DNA from: Octopus vulgaris | Taxonomy: Eukaryota | Reading direction: 5' to 3' | Assembly (NCBI GenBank): GCA_951406725.2 | Contig: OX597841.1 | Span: 17,174,001 to 17,238,000, forward strand | Length of the DNA: 64,000 nt | In this document: positions 12,851 to 27,270 of the stretch, in pieces | Layout of the letters: each line of letters opens with the position of its first letter | Numbering within the stretch: position 1 is the stretch's first letter | Program-made: the position numbers and the translations under genes | The notes under the pieces: model-generated | Database searches by the model: none | Told to the model about the DNA's origin: nothing | The model's input: only the letters and a program-made list of their open reading frames with translations

Positions 12851-13013
12851 AGGCGCAGGAGTGGCTGTGTGGTAAGAAGCTTGCTTACCAATCTGATGGT
12901 TCCGGGTTCAGTCCCACTGCGTGGCACCTTGGCAAGTGCTTTCTACTGTAGCCTCAGGGTGACCAAAGGCTTGTGAGTGGATTTGGTAGACGGAAACTAA
13001 AAGAAGCCCGTCG

Positions 13014-13078
<65 letters not shown>

Positions 13079-13293
13079 ATGTGTGTGTGTTTGTGTGTCT
13101 GTGTTTGTCCCCTCAACATCACTTGACAACCGATGCTGGTGTGTTTACGTCCCCGCAACTTAGCGGCTCGGCAAAAGAGACCGATAGAGAAAAAGTACTA
13201 GACTTACAAAGAATAAGTCCTAATGTCGATTTGCTCGACTAAAGGCGGTGCTACAGCATGGCCACAGTCAAATGACTGAAACGAGTAAAAGAG
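12851..13293 (+). mobile_element. SINE family A, full length
   Basis: aggcgcaggagtggctgtgtggtaag head with A/B boxes, internal (TA)n(TG)n, tail gtcaaatgactgaaac..gtaaaagag. Confidence 0.9.
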
Positions 13294-13637
13294 TTAGACA
13301 ACCGCTACGAAGATAAGACACGTTACCTAATGTATTCCAAGATAGACAATGCCTCATTATAACGAAAGTAAAAAAAAAAATAATATGGCCGAACGTTCAA
13401 GATACCGCTAAACAACCACAAGAACACTGCTAGTTACTATTTCTACAACTATAACACTACGAAGAAATGACACGTCGCATAATATATTCCAAGATAGACA
13501 ATGCCCGACTATAACGAAAATAAAATAAAATAAAATAAATAGATAAATAAATAAATAAACATGCAAAAGCCGTTCGATTCACTTCAATATTTAAGTTTAA
13601 TTTGTCAAAATATTTTCGCCGAGATGCAGCACGGATT

Positions 13638-13688
13638 TTTGTCAGTGAACAGGTCACGGTCTTCAAGCGACGAAAATATTTTGACAAA
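13638..13688 (+). ncRNA. Minimal hammerhead motif, G3-C8 variant, copy 1
   Basis: tttgtca-GTGAACA-g-gtcac..gcgac-GAAA-atattt-tgacaaa; one mismatch in stem II. Confidence 0.6.
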
Positions 13689-13827
13689 TTAAACTTAAAT
13701 GTTGAAGTGAATCGAACGGCTTTTGTGTGTTTCTTAAATGGCTTATAAACACCTTCCACGCTGCAATTGTGTGTATATATATATATATATAAATATATAT
13801 ATATATAAACCTTATTCAGCATGGATT

Positions 13828-13878
13828 TTTGTCAGTGAACAGGTCGCGGTCTTCAAGCGACGAAAATATTTTGACAAA
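13828..13878 (+). ncRNA. Minimal hammerhead motif, G3-C8 variant, copy 2
   Basis: 7-bp stem I tttgtca/tgacaaa, GTGAACA 13835-13841, stem II gtcgc/gcgac, GAAA 13862-13865, palindromic aaaatatttt stem III. Confidence 0.7.
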
Positions 13879-14437
13879 TTAAACTTAAATTTTGAAGTGA
13901 ATCGAACGGTTTTTGTGTGTTTCTTAAATGGCTTACAAACACCTTCCACGCTGCAATTGTTTCCGTTTCAGCACACGATCTCAGATCAAATCACTTGCTA
14001 TGCAAGTACATCTCTCCGTAAATAAATATGGCCGAACGATTAAAGCGGTTTCAGAGATAAATCACGTCAAAGCGAGAAGAAATGAGAATTCTTTTGGATA
14101 TTGGCAATGATTGGTCGATGCTGACCTCAATTAATGGCGAAACTAGAAAGTCGCTGGTCTGCAATTGGAGATAGATGAAACGGCAGGGCGTTCTCAACGC
14201 TGATTGGATGAGAAAAGAATGGACAATGGCTTTTTTTGCTTTCTTTTCTTTTTTTGATTGTTTTTTGATTAATGCTATTTTTTTTGATATTTCGTTTTGT
14301 TGTTTGTTGTTTTTCTTTTGTTTTTTTTCTTTACCGTCTGTTTTATTATTATTATTATTATTTTCTTTTCCTTCGGTGTATTTAGGTGGAGATTTTTTTT
14401 CCTGCTTTGTTATATATGAATATATATGCTGGCGTGC

Positions 14438-14498
14438 ATATACATACATACATACATACATACACACACATACATACATACATACATACATACATACA

Positions 14499-14532
<34 letters not shown>

Positions 14533-14604
14533 CATACATACATACATACACACACACACATACATACATACATACATACATACATACATACATACATACA
14601 TACA

Positions 14605-14638
<34 letters not shown>

Positions 14639-14746
14639 CATATATACATACATACATACATACACACACACACATACATACATACATACATACATACATA
14701 CACACATACATACATACATACATACATACATACATACATACATACA

Positions 14747-14780
<34 letters not shown>

Positions 14781-14936
14781 CATACATACATACATACACA
14801 CACACACATACATACATACATACATACATACATACACACATACATACATACATACATACATACATACATACACACATACATACATACATACATACATACA
14901 TACATACATACATACATACATACATACATACATACA

Positions 14937-14968
<32 letters not shown>

Positions 14969-15036
14969 CATACATACATACATACACACACACACATACA
15001 TACATACATACATACATACATACATACATACATACA

Positions 15037-15068
<32 letters not shown>

Positions 15069-15166
15069 CATACATACATACATACACACACACACATACA
15101 TACATACATACATACATACATACACACACATACATACATACATACATACATACATACATACATACA

Positions 15167-15200
<34 letters not shown>

Positions 15201-15316
15201 CATACATACATACATACACACACACACATACATACATACATACATACATACATACATACACACATACATACATACATACATACATACATACATACATACA
15301 TACATACATACATACA

Positions 15317-15380
<64 letters not shown>

Positions 15381-15501
15381 TACATACATACATACATACA
15401 TACATACATACATACATACATACATACATACATACATACATACATACACACATACATACATACATACATACATACATACATACATACATACATACATACA
15501 T

Positions 15502-15534
<33 letters not shown>

Positions 15535-15543
15535 TACATACAT

Positions 15544-15583
<40 letters not shown>

Positions 15584-15591
15584 ACATACAT

Positions 15592-15631
<40 letters not shown>

Positions 15632-15735
15632 ACATACATACATACATACATACATACATACATACACACATACATATATACATACATACATACACACACA
15701 CACATACATACATACATACATACACACACACACAT

Positions 15736-15770
<35 letters not shown>

Positions 15771-15824
15771 TACATACATACATACATACATACATACATA
15801 CATACACACACACACATACACACA

Positions 15825-15855
<31 letters not shown>
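14438..15855. repeat. ~1.4 kb (CATA)n/(CA)n microsatellite
   Basis: Direct reading; source of the 477-605 aa artefact ORFs. Confidence 0.97.
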
Positions 15856-15858
<3 letters not shown>

Positions 15859-16029
15859 AATAAGACATACATATATTTGGATAGATAAATAGAGAGAGAG
15901 AGAGAGAGAGAGAGATTTCTTTATTTAGTTACACAGGGCTTAACACAGAGGGGACAAAACAATGTAGAATTTTTCATTTTTGAAATCGATCAAAAGAGGT
16001 CGAAAAAAAGACGCCTTTGGGGGGGCATA

Positions 16030-16239
16030 CTCTTTTACTTGTTTCAGTAATTTGACTGCGGCCATGCTGGAGCACCGCCTTTTGTCGAGCAAATCGACCC
16101 CGGGACTTATTCTTTGTAAACCTAGTACTTATTCTCTCGGTCTCTTTTGCCGAACCGCTAAGTGACGGGGACGTAAACACACCAGCATCGGTTGTCAAGT
16201 AATGCTAGGGAGACAAACGCGGACACACAAACATACACA

Positions 16240-16281
<42 letters not shown>

Positions 16282-16445
16282 TACGACGGGCTTCTTTCAG
16301 TTTCCGTCTGCCAAATCCACTCACAAGGCTTTGGTCGGCCCGAGGCTATAGTAGAAGACACTTGCCCAAGGTGCCACGCAGTGGGACTGAAACCGGAACC
16401 ATGTGGTTGGTAAACAAGCTATCTACCACACAGCCACTCCTGCGC
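16030..16445 (-). mobile_element. SINE family A, full length
   Basis: Matches the other family A copies end to end. Confidence 0.9.
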
Positions 16446-16639
16446 ATGTACACAAATAACAAGGTGACGTTTTCTTAACAATTTCAATTCCCAACAGGGG
16501 TGGAGGGGAATATATAACACTGACTAGAGTTATCCGTGGATAGCAAAACCTACGAAAAACAACCACGGTAACCTCGGCAAAAGGAAGAATCTATGAAAGC
16601 AAATTGCCCTCTCTCTCTCTCTCTCTGTTTGTTTTACAG

Positions 16640-17198
16640 GTTAATGCTCAAAGTGGCTCCGTCATTCGTGCGTAGCATTTTTGCTACATTCACTCACCTT
16701 TTATTAAATCTTTCACTGGACAAAACTTCCCTCTCAACTCCCATTTTCCTTTTCAAGTGAAACTCGAAAAAAATTGATGAGAGATTGGCCAGGGAGGAAA
16801 GTATTTGTCTCTAGACCTTTCAAACGAGTCCACCACACACATTCTTTCGCCATAACCACCAGTACGACGAAAACTGCCTTGCCTTCCCGGTTAAAGGAAG
16901 GTGACGGGGAAATATTCACGATAAATTCGGCTGACAAACGGATCCCTCCTTCAGGCGACAGCAACCGTTCCACATAGGCCCACAGCTCTGAAATATGTAG
17001 ACACTGCACGAGTGCATGCAGAACGGTTTCGTCGTTCTGACCTTCTCTCGAACAGGTAATGCTTCCTGATAACACTGCCAGACCAGGGATCTGTAGAAAT
17101 TGTCCATAGATCCCGGCACGAAAGTGGTCCTAAAGACGAGTGTCAGGCATTTCCTGTCGACGCCAAGATTCTCCCCCAAGAACGTCATCGGACCTCCC
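16640..17198 (-). mobile_element. L1/Tx1-clade LINE ORF2 3' fragment (zf-RVT region), frameshifted
   Basis: Translations ...DNFYRSLVWQCYQEALPVREK and CSREGQNDETVLHALVQC...LWAYVE...AKECVWWTR match the LP...C..C....ET..H....C....W pattern. Confidence 0.75.
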
Positions 17199-17201
17199 CT
17201 C

Positions 17202-17235
<34 letters not shown>

Positions 17236-17255
17236 TGACGGAAGGGCAGACAGAC

Positions 17256-17347
<92 letters not shown>

Positions 17348-18281
17348 TATGATAATTTTGTATCTTTTTCATTCAAACTCTACACACGTATACATAGCTA
17401 TACGTGTGTATATGTATAGCTATACATAGTATATGTGAATTTGTGTATGGTATATGCGTGTGTATGTATGAAGAAATTTATATACAGATATATGTATGTG
17501 TATATGTATTTATATCTAGGTAAATGTGTGTGTATACATACACACATACACACACACATATGTATGCATGAGGCCGAAAGGATCGTTGAAAGATATTCAT
17601 ACATATATACATACATATGTGTTCATATATGTGTGTCTGTCTGCTGTGTGTATGTAAGAATTAGATATGATAGTTGGCGTGTCTGTGTTTGCGAAAGTGC
17701 ATACACACACACACACACACATGCTTCATCCACTCGATCTAAAATTGCGTTTTGCACACAAATTCCCCCATTATCCACTCTAGAAGGACATCTCCGGCGA
17801 CATCGTCTGCCGGTACAACAACTACCAACACAAACACCACCACCAACACCGATAACAGCAACAACAACAACAATAACAACAACAGTTGGACATCTTCCTT
17901 CGCTGGCCACGACAAGCTTTGCTATCGTCTGCACTTCATTGAAAACTTCATTCTGTCCTCTGTTGCATTTATTCGATCGAAAACGTGGAATAAAATGGAA
18001 GAGAATCAAATATCTTTGTGGTTCCTGCTCAGTGGAGAACTACTTCGGAGAGTCCCAGAGTTAAATATTAAATATTAAATAGATAGCCGAGATAAGGTTA
18101 GTTGGACGGCGTGATGAAAGAGTATGGCGGATAATGGAGTGATAACTGTCTACAGCGGATGGATGTAGATGTTACAGGGAGAGATGTGGACGGGACGGAG
18201 TATGTAGATGTGTATGAGGTGACGTACGTAGATTAGTTGATGGATAGGTGTGTAAGTGTTTTGGTAGTAAAGTAGGTTCGT

Positions 18282-18314
<33 letters not shown>

Positions 18315-18383
18315 AACAGACAGAAAGAGAGACAGAGAGATCGATCGATAAATAAACAGATATGTTGACAGAGAGAGAAAGTG

Positions 18384-18473
<90 letters not shown>

Positions 18474-18767
18474 GTAGGTAGATAGATAGAGAGAGAGAGA
18501 GATAGATAGGTACCTACGTACGTACATACTTTGGCAGTTAATGAGACAACGGGGATGAGAGATCGAAAGACAAATGAAAATGTGATCCTTCTATTTCCTA
18601 TAATTACATCTGTACATACATACATACATATATATATATATATTCATATGTATGAATGTATGTATTTATGTATATATATATGTATATATATATATATTTT
18701 ATATATATATATATATATATTTATATATTTATATATATATATATATTTATATATTTATATATATATA

Positions 18768-18833
<66 letters not shown>

Positions 18834-19321
18834 AATATATGTGTTATTACACACGCACGCGCATATATATTTATATATGTGATAAAATCACAATGGCGTT
18901 ACAACTAAGAATGACCATAAAAATATCAGCGACAGACGAACAAGATAACAATATGTCGTCTCCCCTTGTGATAGATAACAGTAAATGAAATATATGGATA
19001 TATATATATATATATATATATATTTTCTTTTGTTGTTTTATGGGTTTTCTGTTATTGAATTGCGGCCATACTGGAGCACCATCTTTAAGAGCTTTTTTTT
19101 TTGAGATTTTTTTTTATGCCTGTTTCGTTTTTTGTCGATGATATGATATCGATCTCACTACTTATTTCAGTCTGGTACTTACTTCATCGATCCGTGTTTA
19201 TTGATTCTCTAAGTTCTTTGCCGTTTATGACCGAAAGAAAAACACTTCGACACTGATCTTACGCCGGTCTATTAAATAAAGTCACTTACATATAATATGC
19301 TGGATATATTTCTAAACATAC

Positions 19322-19369
<48 letters not shown>

Positions 19370-19604
19370 GGTAAATGTGGGTTTTTTTTCATTCCCTTCG
19401 AGATTTGTCCCTAATGGTGGTTTGAATTTTGGCTACTCTTTCTAGCATGCTATAATGGTCACCTCTTATGTGTTTATATGTACACTGAATTTATATGAAT
19501 AATATATCGTCTATTGACTAGTTTTCTACATTCTAGGCCACTGGTAGTAAAAAGTTTCTAAAATGTTTTCCTACCCTGGTGTATATATGTGTGTGTGTGT
19601 GTGT

Positions 19605-19936
19605 GGAGGCGTATGGCTCAGTGGTTAGAGCGTCGAGCTTACGATCGTGAGGCTGTGAGTTCGAATCCCGGACCGGGCTACGTGTTGTGTTCTTGAGCAA
19701 GACACTTTATTTCACGTTGCTCCAGTTCACTCAGCTGTAGAAATGAGTTGTAACATCACTTGGTGCCAAGCTGTATCGGCCTTTGCTTCCCCTTGGATAA
19801 CATCAGTGGCATAGACAGGGGAGGCTGGTACGCATGGGCGACTGCTGGTCTTCCATAAACAACCTTGCCCGGGCTTGTGCCTGGGAAGGTAACTTTCTAG
19901 GTGCAATCCCTTGGTCAGTCATGACTGAAGGGGGTG
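19605..19936 (+). mobile_element. tRNA-derived SINE with the family C core and a different (RTE-like) tail
   Basis: A-box tggctcagtgg, B-box gagttcgaatccc, ttgagcaagacacttta core; tail also present inverted at 21554-21668. Confidence 0.8.
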
Positions 19937-19940
19937 TCAG

Positions 19941-20888
19941 AATTTGATGACGGTGAACTTCCCTGCGGTGAATTTGATGACGGTGAACTTACCCTGCGGT
20001 GAATTTGATGACGGTGAACTTACCCTGGGGTGAATTTGATGACGGTGAACTTGCCTGCGGTGAATTTGATGACGGTGAACTTACCCTGCGGTGAATTTGA
20101 TGACGGTGAACTTCCCTGCGGTGAATTTGATGACGGTGAACTTGCCTGCGGTGAATTTGATGACGGTGAACTTGCCTGCGGTGAATTTGATGACGGTGAA
20201 CTTCCCTGCGGTGAATTTGATGACGGTGAACTTGCCTGCGGTGAATTTGATGACGGTGAACTTGCCTGCGGTGAATTTGATGACGGTGAACTTGCCTGCG
20301 GTGAATTTGATGACGGTGAACTTGCCTGCGGTGAATTTGATGACGGTGAACTTCCCTGCGGTGAATTTGATGACGGTGAACTTGCCTGCGGTGAATTTCC
20401 CTGCGGTGAATTTGATGACGGTGAACTTGCCTGCGGTGAATTTGATGACGGTGAACTTGCCTGCGGTGAATTTGATGACGGTGAACTTACCCTGCGGTGA
20501 ATTTGATGACGGTGAACTTGCCTGCGGTGAATTTGATGACGGTGAACTTACCCTGCGGTGAATTTGATGACGGTGAACTTGCCTGCGGTGAATTTGATGA
20601 CGGTGAACTTCCCTGCGGTGAATTTGATGACGGTGAACTTCCCTGCGGTGAATTTGATGACGGTGAACTTACCCTGCGGTGAATTTGATGACGGTGAACT
20701 TGCCTGCGGTGAATTTGATGACGGTGAACTTGCCTGCGGTGAATTTGATGACGGTGAACTTACCCTGCGGTGAATTTGATGACGGTGAACTTGCCTGCGG
20801 TGAACTGGTGACGGTGAACTTTTCCTGCAGTGAACTGATGATGATGATGAACTTTCCCTGCGGTGAGTTGATGACGGTGAAGTAACCG
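19941..20888. repeat. 30-31 bp minisatellite built from two 15-mers (ggtgaatttgatgac / ggtgaacttgcctgc), ~30 copies
   Basis: Direct reading; no unique spacers; decays into ggtgaagtaaccggac. Confidence 0.95.
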
Positions 20889-21185
20889 GACATGTCCATG
20901 CAGTGTCTATGAACCCGGAACTATGTGGTTGGAAAGCAAGCTTTTTGTGACACAGCCTCGCCAACGCCGTCCTGAATTTTTTTCATTCTTTGGAACCAAT
21001 ATTGATCTATACGTTCTGTGACAGTTCCTTGGAGGAAATCTTCGTTGATATTGCGTGCAGTCTTCCGCTTCTTTGAGTTTTGTTTGGAACATGTACAATA
21101 AAATCACTCAACTTCTGCCTAAATTCTTTTCATATTCAATATTAGTTTCAAATTTTGATATAAAGCCAAGTTCGGAGATAGGGTC

Positions 21186-21525
21186 TAATCGATTATATTG
21201 ACAACCAGTGCTCAACTGGTTTGTGTTTTATCGATCCCCAAGAGATAAAAGGCAAAGTCGACCTCGGAGGAATTTGAACACAAAAATGTAAAGACAGATG
21301 AAATTCCGCTAAACATTTTGTCCAGCGTCTTAACGATTTTGCCAGGACGTAAAGTCGGACGAAACACCATTAATCATTTTGTCCGGCGTACTAACAATTC
21401 AGCCACCTCGCTGCCTTAAGGCGGAGTCGACCTCGCCGGAATTCGAACGCAAAACGAGAAGACGAACGAAATGTCGAAAACCACTTTGTCCGGCGTGCCA
21501 ACGATTCTATCAGCTTGACGCCTTT
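21186..21525 (-). mobile_element. Degenerate SINE family B with repeated heads
   Basis: aaaggcaaagtcgacctcgg...aatttgaac; ttttgtccggcgt motif occurs three times. Confidence 0.65.
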
Positions 21526-21553
21526 TTTCATATTTAATACTAAAAAGGTTAAA

Positions 21554-21668
21554 GACCCCCTTCGGTCATGCATGACCATGGGATTGCACCTAGAACGTTC
21601 CCCTCCGAGGCACAAGTCTGGGCAAGGTTGTTTATGGAAGACTGGCAGTCACCCATGCATACCAGGCT
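21554..21668 (-). mobile_element. SINE/RTE-like tail fragment
   Basis: Reverse complement of 19823-19936. Confidence 0.75.
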
Positions 21669-21720
21669 ACCATCTCCGCGCCATTATATGTAAATAAGCT
21701 AAATGGTAAAGACCCCCTTC

Positions 21721-21987
21721 GGTTGTCAAGCGATATTGGGGACAAACACAACACACACAAACATACAAACGCACACACCCATACACCCACACACACACCC
21801 ACACACACACACATATATATATATACGATAGGCTTCTTTCAGTTTCCGTCTACAAAATCCACTCCCAAGGCTTTGGTCGGCCCGAGGCTATAGTAGAAGA
21901 CACTTGCCCAAGGTGCCACGCAGTGGGACTGAACCCGGAACCATGTGGTTGGTAAGTTAGGTATTTACCACACAGCCAATCTTGCGC
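21721..21987 (-). mobile_element. SINE family A 5' half
   Basis: Head and gtttccgtctac motif present. Confidence 0.85.
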
Positions 21988-22150
21988 ATATATATATATA
22001 TATATATATACATACATACATACATACATGCATGCATATACACACATATATAGCAGTGTGTACAAATATAAAATCATAGATTTTAATATGTACATCCACA
22101 CATATACAAATACATATATGTGCAGACACACGCTCACACACACTCACACG

Positions 22151-22200
<50 letters not shown>

Positions 22201-22435
22201 CATACACACATGCTAGTGTGTGTGTGTCTGTGTGTGTGTGTGTGTGTGTGTGTATATAGACATGTGTATGCATGTATGAATATATATGTGCGTCTGAATA
22301 ATTATATGTATACATACATACACACATACATAAATACACACACACATACATACATACATACATACATACACACATACATACATAGATACACACATACATA
22401 CATACATACACACATACACACATACACACATACAT

Positions 22436-22466
<31 letters not shown>

Positions 22467-22686
22467 TACATACATACACACATACATACATACATACATA
22501 CATACATACACACATACATACATACATACATACATACACACATACATACATACATACATACATACATACATACATACATACGTACGTACATACATACATA
22601 CATACATACATACATACATACATACACACATACACACATACATACATACATACATACATACACACATACACACATACATACATACA

Positions 22687-22718
<32 letters not shown>

Positions 22719-23507
22719 GTGAAGTATATTTTACATCAATCTGTTACTTTTCGTTTCGTATCGTTGTCAAAGTGCAGTCTCCAAACAATTTCAGTGGCTG
22801 GAAACACTGTCACCCATATTTGGATTCACCAACATGTTTATTCACTCTCTTGGTCTCCAATATGCGTTTTATAATGTTATGAAGGACTATACAATACCTC
22901 TTATGTTCTTTATATACAATTCTGATGGATAATTCTATTGTGGCTGGTTAGCAAGTATTTACTGAAATGTCTGCATTTTACAATAAAATCTGATCAGAAA
23001 CCTGCAATATCGGTCATAAACGCACCAATATCAAACATAAAAATGCATCGGTCACTGTCAATCCTATTTCCCTTAGATCAACATAAACGATGTGTAAGAG
23101 GTGTGATTTCCAAGCGTGGGCAAAAGCTAACGTCTCTCAATCACCGGATTTCGCCAAAGTGTCTTCATACTACGACAGCTAGATAGTAAGACGGAGTTGT
23201 TAAGCGCGTTCTTTGAATTACATTCAGAGGTTAAAATTTTATGTTTATTAATAATGTACACTGTCTATTTTGTATTATTAATAAAAAACGATTTATAGCA
23301 CAGTATTCATAAATTAATGTATACTTCTGTCTCTATAGGCAGATATATCTATAGAAATATACATCATATACATACATATAATTCATATATATATATATAT
23401 AGATGTGTGTGTATGCATGTGCGTGTACAGATATACGTATGAATGTACGTACGTATACATATATATATACACACATATACATATACATATGAATATATCT
23501 TGATTCA

Positions 23508-23557
<50 letters not shown>

Positions 23558-23693
23558 CACTTATAAACATATGTATGAATGTATGTATATATATATATAT
23601 GCATATATACATTCATACATTGCCAGATACTTGTATATGTTTATATGTATATATATATATATATCTATGTATATATATATATATGTATGTGTG

Positions 23694-23732
<39 letters not shown>

Positions 23733-23879
23733 ACGTAAGGATGGAGAAATATATTTTCATATATATAGGGAAATATGTGTGTATATGTATATATATATAT
23801 GCATATATACATTCATACATGGCCAGATACATGAATATGTTATATAAATTTTTAATATATATTCATAATATATACATAT

Positions 23880-23927
<48 letters not shown>

Positions 23928-24306
23928 ATGTACACATATATGTATATATTCGTAACTATATTTAGACGCACATATATATTTATACATGTATACACATGTC
24001 TATACACACATATATACACACACACACACATATACATAGATAGGAATAAATTTTTAATTATGCATACATAATATATACATATACACACACCCGTATATAT
24101 ATAAAATATATGATTTATACTATACGCATACTATATATGTATGTGTATATATATGTATGTATGTATTCATGTAATTATGTTTATATGTATTATGTTTATG
24201 TATGTATGTATGTATGTATACACACATGCTCACGCACAGACACACATACACTAGCATGAGTATATATATATGTGTGTGTATGTATGTGTGTATGTATGTA
24301 TGTATG

Positions 24307-24368
<62 letters not shown>

Positions 24369-24430
24369 TGTATGTATGTATGTATGTATGTATGTATGTA
24401 TGTATGTATGTATGTATGTATGTATGTGTG

Positions 24431-24490
<60 letters not shown>

Positions 24491-24982
24491 TATGTGTGTG
24501 TGTGTATGTATGTATGTATGTATGTATGTGTGTATGTATGTATGTATGTATGTATGTATGTATGTGTGTGAATATGTGTACAATTCTCTGCGTACCTGTA
24601 AGTCCGTACTTGATGTCTGCAGGCGCCGAAGCGTATGTCATTGGGTACGTTTATATGTATGTGTGTCTGTATGCATGTTTGTATATATGCGTGTATTTGC
24701 GCATACATACATACATACATACAAACACAAACGCACAAATAGACACCCACACACACAAACACACACAAACACACACACACGCGCACTCACAAGTGTATCC
24801 ACACATTCTAACGGGAATGTAAATAATAATAAATATTATATTGAAATATATTTGCATACATTTGCATATACATTTGCATAAATTTGCATAAGGTAAACAT
24901 TGCTTTTTATCCAAACACCTATATGCCAACACACCGGAATTCAGTGTAAAAAGTGCGTGTGTAGATATATATACACATATAT

Positions 24983-25041
<59 letters not shown>

Positions 25042-25050
25042 CATATATAT

Positions 25051-25144
<94 letters not shown>

Positions 25145-25630
25145 CCATACAAACATACATATATATGCATATTAACGCACACACACATACATACACACGT
25201 ACTTATACATATATATAAACATACATACATTCATACATGTATAATACACATATATGTATATATCTACATACACATATGTATTATATATTATATAGACATA
25301 TAACGTATGTATATAGTATTTATATATGTATTATATATTCATATAGTATATATATATATATATATATATACATATATATTATTTATACATAAATATATAC
25401 ATATGTGTATGTATATAGTACACGTATGTGTGTGTGTGTGTACTGAGATACATACATACATATATATTATATATGACAAGTTATACTGTACGTACGTCTG
25501 TCTACGTAATCCTGTTCCAGACTGCACGTATTTGTATACAGACACATGAGTATGTCTGTCTGTATGTATGTATATATATATATATATTTGAAAATTTGAA
25601 AATGTTTGTATTAATGGAAAACCTCTATAA

Positions 25631-25716
25631 TTGTTTGATGAGTACTCAGCATCTTAAATCTGTTGTAATACTCAGAACATTTAATAAATTGATGTAGTAC
25701 GAATCGATCGTACCAA
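25631..25716 (+). ncRNA. Degenerate hammerhead motif with long stem II
   Basis: TTGATGA-gtac...catc...gatg..gtac-GAAT-cgatcg-TA-ccaa; two core substitutions. Confidence 0.45.
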
Positions 25717-26002
25717 GTTACCGGAGTCATTCTTGTTGCTTATTTTGATATATATATATATATATAATGCACAACTTTGTAACTGCTAACATATTCATTT
25801 TCGTTCACTTTGGAATACTGCATAATCCTATTTTCGTTCCTCTCGCCATGGTGTACTACCCGACCATTTTTTCTGATCGCGGATTTACCTGAAGAATACC
25901 CGATTTATCTAGATTTAATTGGACGCCTCCAGTCTTCTGGACATAATGAAGCAAAAACAAATATCATAAATAAAGAACTTTCTAGCATTGTCTTACCGCT
26001 CT

Positions 26003-26420
26003 GCGGCGAGCTGGCAGAAACGTTAGCACGCCGGGCGAAATGATTAACGGTATTTCGTTTGCCGTTACGTTGTGAGTTCAAATTCCGTCGAGGTCGATTT
26101 TGCCTTTCATCCTTTCGGGGTCGATAAATTAAGTACTAGTTACACACTGAGGTCGATATAATAGACTTAATCCCTTTGTCTGTCCTTGCTCGTCTTCTCT
26201 GTTTTTAGCCCCTTGTGAGTTGTAAAGAAATAGGTATTTCATCTGTCTTTATGTTCTGAGTTCAAATTCTGCCGAGGTCGACTTTGCCTTTCATCCTTTC
26301 GGGGTCGATAAATTAAGTACCAGTTACGCACTGGGGTCGATGTAATCGACTTAATACATATGTCTGTCCTTGTTTGTCCCCTCTGTGTTTAGCCCCTTGT
26401 GGGTAGTAAAGAAATAGGTA
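26003..26420 (+). mobile_element. tRNA-derived SINE family B (Deu/Nin-domain-like core), two tandem body units
   Basis: gcggcgagctggcagaaacgttagc head, gagttcaaattcc B-box, ggtcgactttgcctttcatcctttcggggtcgataaattaagtacc core. Confidence 0.85.
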
Positions 26421-26502
26421 TAACCAACCTGACAGATTCTTCGCTTAATACGATGCCCCAGTAGCTGAGATATCACATAAACAATTTTAACCTATATATA
26501 CC

Positions 26503-26542
<40 letters not shown>

Positions 26543-26698
26543 AGTTTAAGTAGTGACGAATGACAGAAAAATAGGTAAGGCATGACGAGAACATTTAATT
26601 TAATTTAGTTTAGCGACATACCCAATGACAAACAACAGTACGAAAAAGCTGGGATATTTATATATATAACGTACATATATATATATAATATATATTTA

Positions 26699-26737
<39 letters not shown>

Positions 26738-26883
26738 TATAACATACATATATGTATATAATATATATATATAATATATATTTATATATATATATATATA
26801 TATAATATATATATAACATACATATATGTATATGATATATATATATATATATATATAATATATATATCAATCAATCATGTATA

Positions 26884-26938
<55 letters not shown>

Positions 26939-27051
26939 ACGTACATATATATATATATAATATAAGCAAGTACCAGTGAAACGCTGGAGTCGATTACTCA
27001 CCAACCCATATTTCAAGCTTTTTGCCTAGAAAAGATTATTATTATTATTAA

Positions 27052-27120
<69 letters not shown>

Positions 27121-27270
27121 GCATGTGAGCTGGCAGAATCGTTAGCATGCCTGGCGAAATGCTTTGTGGTGTTTCGGCCGTCGCTCCGCTATGAGTTCAA
27201 ATTTCACAGAGGTCGACTTCGCCTTTCATCCTTTCGGGGTCGATTGATTAAGTACATGTGAGTACTGGTA
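27121..27270 (+). mobile_element. SINE family B 5' part
   Basis: Head and core motif present. Confidence 0.75.

Larger units (their letters stand above)
13557..13960 (+). mobile_element. PLE-like unit: inverted arm plus two direct copies, each carrying a hammerhead
   Basis: 13557-13618 is inverted relative to 13671-13732; about 13627-13770 is repeated at 13817-13960 (offset 190). Confidence 0.75.

Noticed and set aside
14051-15888. ORFs of 477-605 aa, and all YI/CV/HT-rich ORFs in the track
   Set aside because: They are translations of (CATA)n, (TA)n and (CA)n repeats, which lack stop codons in most frames.
17752-18078. Possible exon (T/N-rich ORF)
   Set aside because: No recognisable domain, several open frames on both strands due to the CAA repeat, and no convincing splice donor.
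19605-19680. tRNA gene
   Set aside because: A and B boxes are present but there is no acceptor stem, and it continues into a SINE core and tail.
19941-20888. CRISPR-like array or repeat protein (GEFDDGELAC)n
   Set aside because: There are no unique spacers or cas genes, the context is eukaryotic, and 31-bp variants break the frame repeatedly.
24591-24611. 21-nt minus-strand microexon candidate (cctgcag|...CAG|gtacgc)
   Set aside because: No polypyrimidine tract and no partner exons; it cannot be supported without RNA data.
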